DNA of 64,000 nucleotides from an uncultured Bacilli bacterium (GTDB lineage Bacteria; Bacillota_I; Bacilli_A; RF39; UBA660), in the NCBI GenBank assembly GCA_934101575.1, contig CAKORJ010000001.1:474519-538518 (forward strand), written 5' to 3'. The notes beneath the pieces are model-generated. The model saw nothing but the letters and a program-made list of their open reading frames with translations, was not told the DNA's origin and made no database searches. The translations under genes and the position numbers were made by a program. This document shows positions 43,309-52,806 of the stretch, piece after piece. The first letter of the stretch is position 1. Every line of letters starts with the position of its first letter.

Positions 43309-45681
43309 CTATTTGTCTCTTATTTCACAGTTAAATTTTGTTGTTACTTTTGTTATTATATTTCTGAATACTTTGTCTACTTCTTCTTCTGTTAGGGTTT
43401 TGTTATAATCATTGAATGTTAGACTGTATGCTATTGACTTTTTGTTTTTATTTATTTTTTCTCCTTGGTACAAATCGAATACTTCTATATTTGTTAATAT
43501 TTTTGTTCCTTGTTTTTTGATTTCTTTTTCTACATCACTATTCATTATATTTTTATCTAGAATAAATGCTACATCTTTTGTTATGTCTGGGTACTTTGAT
43601 GCTTCTTGGTACTTTAATGTTTTTGCTTTTTTATTATATAGCTTTGTTAATGATAGTTCTGCTAGGTATATTTCATCTTTGTTTATTGATGGATGGATTC
43701 TTCCTATTACTCCTACTTCATCTCTATCTATCATTATTTTTGCGCTTATTCCTGGATGCATATCTTCTATTTTTTCTTCTATTAGATAATGTCTATTTTC
43801 AAATCCTAGATAATCTAATAAGTTTTCTATTATTCCTTTTAGATGATAGAAATCACATTTTTCTGTTGTATGCCATTTGTTTGTTATATAGTTTCCTTTT
43901 GTTAATATTGCTATTTTTGTTTCTTCATTATATTCTTTGTCGTATGTTTTTGCTATTTCATAGATGTTTATATCTTTTACATTTCTTTTTTTGTTATAAC
44001 TATATACATTTAGAAGTGATGGTAGTATTGTTGTTCTTATTACTGACTTATCTATACTCATTGGATTTGGTAATACTACTTTTGCTTTGTGTTCATAATT
44101 AAACATTTTTGACATTTCTGGACTTGTTAATGTATATGTTTTTGTTTCGTTTAATCCAAGTGTTCTTAGTCTTTTTGATATTTGTTTTCTTAGGGCTATA
44201 TCTTTTAGATACATTCCTCTTTTTGTTTCTACTCTTGGAAGTGTTGATTTTAAGTTTTCATATCCATATAATCTTCCTATTTCTTCGGCTATGTCATTTA
44301 CATTTGGATCTATATCTAATCTTCTATATGGTATTGTCACTAGGAAATTATCATTTTCTTTTTTATATGGAAACATTAATCTATTTAGTTCTGTTTCTAT
44401 GTCTTGATCTGTTAATTCTAATCCTAATAAGGTACTTACTTCTTTTGTTTTGAAGGTTACTTGTTTTTTGGTTTTATCTATTTTGTCATATTTTATTGTT
44501 CCAGATAGGACTTTTGCATTTGCATATTTTTCTAATAAATAGCATGCTCTTTCTATGGCTTTGTCTGTGTATTCAAATGATAGTCCTTTTCCATATCTTA
44601 TTGAGGCTTCACTTCTTAGATTCAATTTACTTGATGTATATCTTATGCTTACTGGATCAAATATTGCACTTTCTATTAAAATATTTTTTGTGTTTTGGTC
44701 TACTTCAGTGTTTTCTCCGCCCATTACTCCGGCTATTGCTACTGGTTTTTTGGTATCTGTTATTACTATATCATTTGTTGTTAGTGTTCTTTTTTGTCCA
44801 TCTAATGTTGTTATTTCTTCATTTTGTTTTGCGTCTCTTACTAGGATGTTATTTCCTAATTTGTCTTTATCAAAGAAATGAAGTGGTTGTCCATATTCTA
44901 ACATTACATAATTTGATATATCTACGACATTGTTTATTGGTCTCATTCCTGCGGATATTAGTCTTCTTTTTATAAAGTCTGGGGAATCTTTTACTGTTAT
45001 ATCTTTGACCATTTTTGCTGTATAATATGGACATTTATCTGTTTGTACTTCTATATTTATTTCATCTTTTACATTTTCTTTTAGTTCTTTGTGTTTATCT
45101 TCTGGAAGTGTTACTTTTTTATTTAGAATACTTGCTATTTCATAAGCAAAACCTATGTGATAATAACAATCATTATTTCTATGTTTATGAATATCTAATT
45201 CGTATAGAGTGTCTTCTGTTCCTAGGTATATATTGGCATCTGTTCCTGGTTTTAGATCTGTTTTTAATACTTCTATTCCTTTGTCATAGTTTTCTTTTGT
45301 TTTTTCTTCTAGGCCTAGTTCAAATAGTGCACATATCATTCCATTTGATTCTTGTCCTCTTATTATTCCTTTTTTTATTTCTATATTTCCTGGCAAGATA
45401 CATCCTGGTAGTGCTACTAGGACTTTTATTCCTTCTTTTACATTTGATGCTCCACATACTATTTGTACTGTTTTTTCTCCTATGTTTACTTTACATATAT
45501 TTAAATGATCACTATCTGGGTGTTTTGTGCACTTTTCTATTTGCCCTATTACTAGGTTTTCTATACGATTATCTATTATTTTTTCTATGTTTACTCCGGC
45601 TTTAGTTATTTTTTCTGCTAATTTATGTAGGTCCTCATCTTTTATATCTACGTAATCTTTTACCCAATCTAAGCTCATCAT
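43309..45681 (-). CDS. pheT: Phenylalanine--tRNA ligase beta subunit
   Basis: 790 aa with the tRNA-binding domain, B3/4, B5 and FDX-ACB layout. It follows pheS with a 1-nt gap. Confidence 0.95.
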   Translation of the reverse strand: MMSLDWVKDYVDIKDEDLHKLAEKITKAGVNIEKIIDNRIENLVIGQIEKCTKHPDSDHLNICKVNIGEKTVQIVCGASNVKEGIKVLVALPGCILPGNIEIKKGIIRGQESNGMICALFELGLEEKTKENYDKGIEVLKTDLKPGTDANIYLGTEDTLYELDIHKHRNNDCYYHIGFAYEIASILNKKVTLPEDKHKELKENVKDEINIEVQTDKCPYYTAKMVKDITVKDSPDFIKRRLISAGMRPINNVVDISNYVMLEYGQPLHFFDKDKLGNNILVRDAKQNEEITTLDGQKRTLTTNDIVITDTKKPVAIAGVMGGENTEVDQNTKNILIESAIFDPVSIRYTSSKLNLRSEASIRYGKGLSFEYTDKAIERACYLLEKYANAKVLSGTIKYDKIDKTKKQVTFKTKEVSTLLGLELTDQDIETELNRLMFPYKKENDNFLVTIPYRRLDIDPNVNDIAEEIGRLYGYENLKSTLPRVETKRGMYLKDIALRKQISKRLRTLGLNETKTYTLTSPEMSKMFNYEHKAKVVLPNPMSIDKSVIRTTILPSLLNVYSYNKKRNVKDINIYEIAKTYDKEYNEETKIAILTKGNYITNKWHTTEKCDFYHLKGIIENLLDYLGFENRHYLIEEKIEDMHPGISAKIMIDRDEVGVIGRIHPSINKDEIYLAELSLTKLYNKKAKTLKYQEASKYPDITKDVAFILDKNIMNSDVEKEIKKQGTKILTNIEVFDLYQGEKINKNKKSIAYSLTFNDYNKTLTEEEVDKVFRNIITKVTTKFNCEIRDK

Positions 45682-45682
45682 A

Positions 45683-46714
45683 TTAGTTATCCCTCCTGTC
45701 GAATTGTTTTTCTTCTCTTAGGTCTGTTTGATAAAATGCTCTTATATCATTGATGTCATATTTTAACATTGCTAGACGTTCTGCGCCAAAACCAAAGGCA
45801 AATCCTGACCACTTTTTTGGATCGTATCCACAATTTCTAAGTACATTGGGATGAACCATTCCTGCTCCACTTACTGTTATCCAGCCTGTGTTTTTACATA
45901 AACTACACCCTTTTCCTTTACAGTTAAAGCATGATATATCTGTTTCTACGGATGGTTCTGTAAACTGATAATAACTTGGTCTAAATCTTGTTTTACAGTC
46001 TTCGCCAAATAGTCTTTTTGCTATTACATCAAACGTTCCTTTTAAGTCTGATAATCTTATGTCTTTATCTATCAATAATCCTTCTATTTGCATGAATTGA
46101 TGAGAATGTGTTGCATCGTCATCGTCTCTTCTATAGGTTTTCCCAGGGCATATAACTCTTACTGGTTTGTTTCCTCCGGCTTCTAACATTGTTCTTACTT
46201 GAACTGGAGAGGTTTGGCTTCTTAATAATATTTTTTCATCTTCTATATAGAATGTATCTTGGGCATCTCTTGCTGGATGTCCTTTTGGAATATTTAACAT
46301 TTCAAAATTGTATTTATCTTCTTCTATTTCTGGTCCATCTACTACATCATATCCCATGGACATAAATACTTCTTCTACTTCTTCTATTATTTTTTCTAAG
46401 ATATTTGGTGCTCCTACTTCTATTTTTGTTCCTGGAAGTGTTACATCTATTTTTTCACTTGCTAGTTTTTCTTCTAGTTCTTTTTGTTCTAATTTTGTTT
46501 TTATTTCTTCATATTTGTCATTAAACATATTTTTTAATTCATTTATTTTTTTACCATATTCTTTTTTTTCTTCATTTGGTATTTCTTTCATTTTTGAATA
46601 TAGTTCTGTTATTATACCTTTTTTTCCTATGTATTTTATTTTTAAATCATTTAATGTTTTTATATCTTGTACATTTTCTAAATCTTGTTGTATATCTTTT
46701 TTTATATTTTCCAT
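45683..46714 (-). CDS. pheS: Phenylalanine--tRNA ligase alpha subunit
   Basis: 343 aa. Class II motifs GHPARD, FRPSYYQFTEPS, and GFAFGFGAERLAML. Confidence 0.95.
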   Translation of the reverse strand: MENIKKDIQQDLENVQDIKTLNDLKIKYIGKKGIITELYSKMKEIPNEEKKEYGKKINELKNMFNDKYEEIKTKLEQKELEEKLASEKIDVTLPGTKIEVGAPNILEKIIEEVEEVFMSMGYDVVDGPEIEEDKYNFEMLNIPKGHPARDAQDTFYIEDEKILLRSQTSPVQVRTMLEAGGNKPVRVICPGKTYRRDDDDATHSHQFMQIEGLLIDKDIRLSDLKGTFDVIAKRLFGEDCKTRFRPSYYQFTEPSVETDISCFNCKGKGCSLCKNTGWITVSGAGMVHPNVLRNCGYDPKKWSGFAFGFGAERLAMLKYDINDIRAFYQTDLREEKQFDRRDN

Positions 46715-46717
46715 AAC

Positions 46718-46905
46718 TTCCTCCTTAAAAATAAAAAGATGGTTACCAAAGGACGATTTAATCGTGGTACCACCTTATTTTATAGTTTAACTATCTCTTT
46801 CCTTTAACGCAGGTTTACGATTTTAACTAGAGAGTGAATTCATAAGAATTTATTTTTGAAGTTTTCACCAACCACTTCTTCTCTTTAAAATAAATATTTT
46901 CTTAT
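46718..46905 (-). promoter_or_regulatory. T-box riboswitch leader (Phe specifier UUC) controlling pheST
   Basis: Read on the minus strand: an AGAGA box, GAAUUCA with UUC at 46838..46836 followed by a purine, and the T-box core AAGGUGGUACCACG (46776..46763). The terminator GGUGGUACC..GGUAACCAUC (46774..46738) is followed by UUUUUAUUUUU just before the AAGGAGG SD. Confidence 0.8.
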
Positions 46906-46973
46906 TACTATGTTCTCATCTTGGTTAACTGTTATTATTTTATCACAACTTAATTACTTGTTAAAGTATTTTT

Positions 46974-47801
46974 TTATTTTTTATGTCTTTTTCTTCTATA
47001 TTCTAAGTATTCTTCATTTGATAATTTTTCATCTTTTTTATATAGAGGTTCTTCTTCATAGTCACCATTATATAATTGTTCTGGGTTCTTTATTATTTGC
47101 TTTGTTATTTTATTTTCTTCCTCATAATGATTTTCGTATATTTCTTTTGCTGCTTCACTTAGAAGCATATTTTTTATTCCTAATTTTGAATCGTTAATTG
47201 CCATTTTTACTAGCCATTTTAATTTAGCTAGTGCGGCTAAACTTAAGTTTGTTTCTTTTTGTATTTGTCCTTCTTGATAACCTAGCTCATATAAGCCTAT
47301 TAATTCTTCGTTTTCTAAGCTATATGCATAACAACACTCATCAAAATAACCATCCATATATCCAAATGTGTAAACTTGTTCTTCTGTGTTTTCTGTTAAT
47401 TCATCATCGTACATAAAGATATCTATCATCTCACTATTGGCACATCTTACTTTATAGTAGTTTCTTTTATAAATATCTTTATATTTTTTACTTATTTTTC
47501 TAGGTGCTATGTTGTTTTCTCCATCATACTGAGCTAATTTCATGATTAATTCTGTCTTTTCTATTTGAAGTGTCTCTTTTGTTTCTTTTAATCTATCATT
47601 GGTTCCTGTGGTATATCCTCTTTCATAATTTGCATTGTTATCCTCTGTATACTCAAAATTTCCTATATATATTTCTTCATCAAAGTATCCATCTAGGTAA
47701 CCAAATGCTTTACAATTTCTGGCTATTGCTTGTTTTGATTTTTCTTTTATTTCTGTTTTGTATATAAAATTTTGTAATGGATTTTTGTTTTTTGTACTCA
47801 T
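46974..47801 (-). CDS. Hypothetical protein with two-fold internal repeat (FGY-x-DGYFDE .. GY-x-x-G)
   Basis: 275 aa. FGYLDGYFDEEIYIGNFEY..ERGYTTG recurs as FGYMDGYFDECCYAYSL..ELGYQEG, each followed by a helical charged segment. No family recognised. Confidence 0.5.
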   Translation of the reverse strand: MSTKNKNPLQNFIYKTEIKEKSKQAIARNCKAFGYLDGYFDEEIYIGNFEYTEDNNANYERGYTTGTNDRLKETKETLQIEKTELIMKLAQYDGENNIAPRKISKKYKDIYKRNYYKVRCANSEMIDIFMYDDELTENTEEQVYTFGYMDGYFDECCYAYSLENEELIGLYELGYQEGQIQKETNLSLAALAKLKWLVKMAINDSKLGIKNMLLSEAAKEIYENHYEEENKITKQIIKNPEQLYNGDYEEEPLYKKDEKLSNEEYLEYRRKRHKK

Positions 47802-47862
47802 ATTTTTCCACGCCTTTCTTTAGTGAATTATTATAGGTTTTATCTTTTGTTTTGTCAATTGT

Positions 47863-49278
47863 TTATTTTAAGACTTTTTGTTTTGATGGTTTGCCCTTTA
47901 ATCTTGTTTTTGTTTTATATGTTGGCATTATTGAAATTATATTTTTTGTATTTAGTGGGGTTATTACCATTACTTTATTACTTGGTTTATTATCTGTATC
48001 ATATACAGTTTCATCTATTTCTACTATATATAAATCTTCGGCGGATATAGTGTCATAATAGTTGTCTTCGGTTAATTTTTCTTTTACTTGTTTTAGGATA
48101 CTTTCTATGTTTTTGCTGCCTTTGAAAAACTTTCTTGATATATTTTTTGTTTTTTCTTCATCAAAATCTTCTAATTGCGATACATAGTAAACACTTTTAT
48201 CCAATTCTTCACCATCTTTATATTTTAGATATGTTAATATTCTTCGGTAGTTTTTAAAATCTGTTGTTTCTTTTAGATCACTTAAGCTTATTTTACTTAT
48301 TATTTTTTTTGCTGCGTCTATGTTTTCTTCTTTTAAAAATATATCTGTTAGTGTTAATAATGACTTTATTTCATATCTTGTGTTTATACAGTGTAATAGT
48401 TCTTCTTTTGATTCTTCTTTATTTCCTGACTGTTTTAAAAGAATTGCTAGTCTATAGTTTATTGCAGGGTTTTCTTCTATTTCTTTGGCTTGTTGATATG
48501 TTTGGTATGCTTCGTCATATTTTTTCATCATTTCACATACCATTCCTTTTTCGAGGTATGCTATTGTGCTTTTTTTACTTTTTACTGCTTTGTCTATATA
48601 TTTTTTTGCTTCGTTTAGGTGACCTTGTTCTCTTTCGCACTTACTTAATTCCGTTAAAGCACATATATTATTTGGTTCTATTTTGATTCCTCTTATTAAA
48701 TATTCTTTGGCTTTTTCTATATTTCCTGATTTTAATTCTAATATTCCTATTTTTATTAGTGTTCTTAAATCATATCTTTTTAGGTTTAATACTTTTTGAT
48801 AATACATACGTGCTTTATCTATATCTTGGTTTTCTTCGGCTAAAAGACCTAATTCATAGAGCGCTCCTTTATCTTGTTTTAAATCTGCTAAATCTAAAAG
48901 ATGATATTTTGCTTGCAATTGATCCCCACTTTTTTTATAAGCCTTTGCCATTTCTAGTTTTGATTTTGTTGATAATGGATCTTGAAATAATGATTCCTTA
49001 AAATGTTTTATTGCTTGTTCATAGTTTTTATCATATGTTTCTAACTTTCCTATTTCATAACTTATTTGTGATGGGTCATATACGTCTTTCATAAGTTCTA
49101 GCAATTCTTTTACTCTTTCTCTATTAGATGGATATGTTCCTATTATTTTTAAAATATTGTACATTATTTCATAGTTTTCTTCATGTTTTTTTAGCATTTG
49201 TGATAGTAGTTTTAGTTTTTTGATTCTATCTTTTTCTTTTAGTATTTCGTATAAGTTTTTTCTATCTTCTTTTGTCAT
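47863..49278 (-). CDS. Tetratricopeptide-repeat (TPR) protein
   Basis: 471 aa. Repeated 34-residue A-x-x-Y/F-x-x-A-L patterns: AKAYKKSGDQLQAKYHL, ARMYYQKVLNL, AKEYLIRGIKIEPNN, AKKYIDKAVKS, AYQTYQQAKEIE. The C-terminal ~120 aa are non-TPR. Confidence 0.65.
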   Translation of the reverse strand: MTKEDRKNLYEILKEKDRIKKLKLLSQMLKKHEENYEIMYNILKIIGTYPSNRERVKELLELMKDVYDPSQISYEIGKLETYDKNYEQAIKHFKESLFQDPLSTKSKLEMAKAYKKSGDQLQAKYHLLDLADLKQDKGALYELGLLAEENQDIDKARMYYQKVLNLKRYDLRTLIKIGILELKSGNIEKAKEYLIRGIKIEPNNICALTELSKCEREQGHLNEAKKYIDKAVKSKKSTIAYLEKGMVCEMMKKYDEAYQTYQQAKEIEENPAINYRLAILLKQSGNKEESKEELLHCINTRYEIKSLLTLTDIFLKEENIDAAKKIISKISLSDLKETTDFKNYRRILTYLKYKDGEELDKSVYYVSQLEDFDEEKTKNISRKFFKGSKNIESILKQVKEKLTEDNYYDTISAEDLYIVEIDETVYDTDNKPSNKVMVITPLNTKNIISIMPTYKTKTRLKGKPSKQKVLK

Positions 49279-49390
49279 GTCATATTTTCCCCCTTTTTTA
49301 GATTAGTTGTTATTATACTATGTGAATCTATAAAAAGCAAATAAAAAAATATTTATATTTTAGCTTTATAAATATCTTATATTATATATT

Positions 49391-50326
49391 TTACTTTAGT
49401 ACTTTGTTTAGTAATTTTTCTTTTTTTACTCCATTTAAGTAATCTTTTACTGGTACTTGTTTTTTTCCTGGTACTTGTATCTTTGTTATTGCTATTTCTT
49501 TATCTTTACAACATACATATATTTTATCTTTATCTATTTCTGATATTGTTCCTGGTTCTTTTTTTGCTTCTTTATCTGTTTTTTCTGAAAGTAATATTTT
49601 AATTCTATTGTTTTCTAATAATGCATATGTTCCAGGGGTGCTTGATAATGCTCTTATTTTATTATGTACTATTTCTTGACTGTTATTAAAATCTATGTGT
49701 TCATCTTCTTTCTTTATTACTGGTGCTAGTGTTTTTTTGTTATGATCTTGTTTTATTCTTGGGGCTGTTTGGTTAAATATATCTGGTAATGTTTGTTTTA
49801 AGAGTTTTGCTCCTAGTTTACTCATTTTTTCGCTTATTATGTCATATGTATCATTTTCTTTTATTTCTAGTGTTTCTTCGGTTATTATATCACCACTATC
49901 CATGCCTTTATCTGTATACATTATAGTGATGCCTGTTTCTTTTTCTCCGTTCATTATGGCGTGCTGAATTGGTGCTCCTCCTCTATATTTTGGAAGTAGT
50001 GATCCGTGAACATTTACTGTATTGTATTTTGGAGCATATATTAATTTTTCTGGGATAATTTGTCCATAGGCACATGTTATTATTATATCTGGATTTAAAT
50101 CTATTATGTCTTGATACTCTTCTCTTAATTTTTTTGGTGATAATACTTTTATGTTATGTTCTAAAGCATACTCTTTTACTTTGCAAGGTGTTAATACTTT
50201 TTTTCTACCTACTTCTTTATCTGGTTGAGTTACTACACCAATTACATCTGTATTTTCTATTAACATTTCTAAAACTGGGATACTATAACTTGGAGTTCCC
50301 ATAAATACTACTTTTTTGTCTTTCAT
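49391..50326 (-). CDS. fmt: Methionyl-tRNA formyltransferase
   Basis: 311 aa. Motifs VVFMGTP, VVTQPDKEVGRKK, NVHGSLLPKYRGGAPIQ. Confidence 0.93.
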   Translation of the reverse strand: MKDKKVVFMGTPSYSIPVLEMLIENTDVIGVVTQPDKEVGRKKVLTPCKVKEYALEHNIKVLSPKKLREEYQDIIDLNPDIIITCAYGQIIPEKLIYAPKYNTVNVHGSLLPKYRGGAPIQHAIMNGEKETGITIMYTDKGMDSGDIITEETLEIKENDTYDIISEKMSKLGAKLLKQTLPDIFNQTAPRIKQDHNKKTLAPVIKKEDEHIDFNNSQEIVHNKIRALSSTPGTYALLENNRIKILLSEKTDKEAKKEPGTISEIDKDKIYVCCKDKEIAITKIQVPGKKQVPVKDYLNGVKKEKLLNKVLK

Positions 50327-50337
50327 AAATTTCCTTT

Positions 50338-50808
50338 CTACCTAGATGATTTACCTTTTTTTACTTGTGATTCGTATTCAAGTTGACTTTCTATGATAAA
50401 TCTTCTTCTTTCTTCAGTTTCTTGTTCTAATAATTCTAGTTTTTTTGATATTGTTTTTAATTCTTCCTCTTCCATATATTCTTTATATTTTGTATATATA
50501 AGATCTCTTAATCTTTGTATTTCTGTTATGGCTAACATATATGGAGTATCATCATCACCATCATCATCTTCATATATAATTTTAAGCATTTTTAATATTC
50601 TTTCATAATGCTTGTTACATTTTTTATCTATTAATTTTTTTATTAAACCGGGATTTATTATTACCATTTCATTTACATTTATCATGTTTTCAAACTCTAT
50701 ATTGTGTTTTGGTTTTACTTTAAATCCTTTTCTTTTGTCATATTCCATATATATTACTGCATCTGTTTTAGCATCTTTTTTTACTACAAATTTTCTTGAT
50801 ACGGACAT
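50338..50808 (-). CDS. Hypothetical acidic protein
   Basis: 156 aa with an acidic DDDGDDD tract and a coiled-coil-like C-terminus. Sits between trmD and fmt. No family recognised. Confidence 0.45.
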   Translation of the reverse strand: MSVSRKFVVKKDAKTDAVIYMEYDKRKGFKVKPKHNIEFENMINVNEMVIINPGLIKKLIDKKCNKHYERILKMLKIIYEDDDGDDDTPYMLAITEIQRLRDLIYTKYKEYMEEEELKTISKKLELLEQETEERRRFIIESQLEYESQVKKGKSSR

Positions 50809-50817
50809 ATTATCACC

Positions 50818-51477
50818 TTACTTTTCTTTACTTTGTTTTTCTTTTGTTAATCTGATTTGTTCTTGTTTTCTATATTCTTCTATTTTCTTATGATTGCCAC
50901 TTAGTAATACTTCTGGTACTTTCATGCCTTTAAAGTCTCTTGGTTTGGTGTATACCGGATAATCAAGCAAATCTTTACTAAATGATTCACTTTCTAAAGA
51001 CTCTTTACTTATTACACCATCTATTAATCTTATTACGGCATCACTTATCATCATTGCAGGTAATTCTCCGCCAGTTAAAATAAAATCTCCTATTGAAATT
51101 TCTTCATCTACTAACAGTTTTATTCTATCATCAAAGCCTTCATAGTGTCCACATATTATGATTATGTGTTTTTTTTGCGATAATTGTTCTGCTTTTTTTT
51201 GATTAAATGTTGTCCCGGTTGGGGTTAATAATATTATATGTGAATCTTTTGTTTTTAAATGTTCTAGAGCATCATATATTGGTTGTATTTGTAAAACCAT
51301 GCCCGCTCCTCCGCCAAATGGTGTGTCATCTACTTTGCCATGAGGATCTGTTGTGTAATCTCTAAAGTTTATTATGTTTATTTTTATTTTTTTCTTTTCT
51401 ATTGCTCTTTTTATTATTGATTCTGTTAGAAATCCATTAAACATTTCTGGAAATAGTGTTAATATATCAATCTTCAT
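50818..51477 (-). CDS. trmD: tRNA (guanine37-N1)-methyltransferase
   Basis: 219 aa. Motifs MKIDILTLFPEMF, DDTPFGGGAGMVL, ICGHYEGFDDR, GDFILTGGELPAM, SGNHKKIEEYR. Confidence 0.93.
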   Translation of the reverse strand: MKIDILTLFPEMFNGFLTESIIKRAIEKKKIKINIINFRDYTTDPHGKVDDTPFGGGAGMVLQIQPIYDALEHLKTKDSHIILLTPTGTTFNQKKAEQLSQKKHIIIICGHYEGFDDRIKLLVDEEISIGDFILTGGELPAMMISDAVIRLIDGVISKESLESESFSKDLLDYPVYTKPRDFKGMKVPEVLLSGNHKKIEEYRKQEQIRLTKEKQSKEK

Positions 51478-51964
51478 TTAATAATCCCTCCACGTTTTTT
51501 AATATTATTCTGTCTTCTTTTATTACTTTTTCTATAAAGTTATCATTTAATGGAACTAAGACTTCTTCTTTGCCTTGTATTTCTAAAACATAATTTTTGT
51601 TTCCACAGTCTATTATATCTTTTACTTTACCTATGTTTTTTTCTTTATAATAACAATTTAAATTTATATAATCTTCAAATACGTATTCATTTTCTTTTAG
51701 ATTTAGGTCTTCTTTGTTTATATATATCTTTTTATTTCTTAGGTTTTCTACTAGATTTATATCTTCTAGATTTTTAAATGTTAATAATATATATTTGTTA
51801 TGTTTCCTTTGTTTTTTTAGTTTTACGTGGTGTTTTTCTTCACCAATATAAAAATTAAAATCTTCTTTTAGAATGTTATCTTTGTACTTAAAATCTGTTG
51901 TTAATTTTAATTCTCCTTTTAGTCCATGTGTACTATGTAGTTTCCCTATATAGATATATTTCAT
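51467..51964 (-). CDS. rimM: 16S rRNA processing protein RimM
   Basis: 165 aa. Contains GKLHSTHGLKGELKL and a PRC-barrel C-terminus. Overlaps trmD by 11 nt. Confidence 0.85.
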   Translation of the reverse strand: MKYIYIGKLHSTHGLKGELKLTTDFKYKDNILKEDFNFYIGEEKHHVKLKKQRKHNKYILLTFKNLEDINLVENLRNKKIYINKEDLNLKENEYVFEDYINLNCYYKEKNIGKVKDIIDCGNKNYVLEIQGKEEVLVPLNDNFIEKVIKEDRIILKNVEGLLNED

Positions 51965-52038
51965 ATAAAAACACCTCGAATCAATATTTATTATACATTA
52001 ATTTTTTGTTTTTTTAAAGAAAAAAAGACCTTATGGTC

Positions 52039-52731
52039 TTATGAATACTTTCTTTTTAATAGTATTGTTGATCCTACTATTATGCAAAGTGGAACTAAGT
52101 ACATTGCATAATCACTTATTCCTGTATTTGGATTTGATTCTGATCGTACTGTTGTTTCATCTTCATCTGTTGTTTGTGATGTTGTTACTGTTTTATCTGA
52201 ATCTAGGAATGCTATTTCTCCTAATGTTGTTGAACTTGTTGATTCTAAAATCATTCTATCTATATATACTTTTGATGTGTCTCCATCTTTAACTGCTGCT
52301 ACTGCTAAAACATATCCGTTATGTTTTCCAGATTCATATGTTAATCCACTTAATGTTATTTCATTATCACTTGATAATGTCCATTTTTCTAGATCTGCGG
52401 CTTTTACTGTTCCTATTTTGCTTTGAAATTGTGATTCATAGTCTCCAACACTTGATGCTGCTTTTGAATATTGATCTGTACTTGAATCAGTATTATCTAT
52501 TGTATATCTTGCTTTTACATAATCACTAAATTGTGTTTGATCTAGTGCTACGTATTTATAATAAAATTTATATTTATTTGCTGTATCTACTTGTACTATT
52601 TCTTTATCGCTACCGCCTATTGTTTTAGATATTGTAGCTACACTTGATAAACCTTGTTCATCGGCATTAACAGAACCTATAAAGCTTAATCCAATTACAA
52701 ATACAGTTATTATTGATAGTATCTTTTTCAT
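52039..52731 (-). CDS. Small sortase-substrate surface protein (NPNTG sorting signal)
   Basis: 230 aa with signal peptide ..SVNADEQ. C-terminus is NPNTG (52134..52120) + hydrophobic stretch + KRKYS. The body is Ser/Thr/Asp-rich with no recognised family. Confidence 0.65.
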   Translation of the reverse strand: MKKILSIITVFVIGLSFIGSVNADEQGLSSVATISKTIGGSDKEIVQVDTANKYKFYYKYVALDQTQFSDYVKARYTIDNTDSSTDQYSKAASSVGDYESQFQSKIGTVKAADLEKWTLSSDNEITLSGLTYESGKHNGYVLAVAAVKDGDTSKVYIDRMILESTSSTTLGEIAFLDSDKTVTTSQTTDEDETTVRSESNPNTGISDYAMYLVPLCIIVGSTILLKRKYS

Positions 52732-52806
52732 ATTATCACTCCTTATAATAATAATATAACTTTAATTTTTAGTTGTGTAAATGTTTTTTGAAATAAGTTT
52801 ACGTTC

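Noticed and set aside
43566-44102. A 178-aa plus-strand ORF inside pheT, and dozens of similar Leu/Phe/Tyr-rich ORFs in the track (for example 994..1410, 9666..10082, 10371..10844, 24264..24803, 45015..45605, 46308..46790).
   Set aside because: All lie antisense to, or out of frame within, genes with strong family signatures. Their L/F/Y-rich composition is the mirror image of Lys/Glu/Asn-rich codons in AT-rich DNA. None has an SD or family resemblance.
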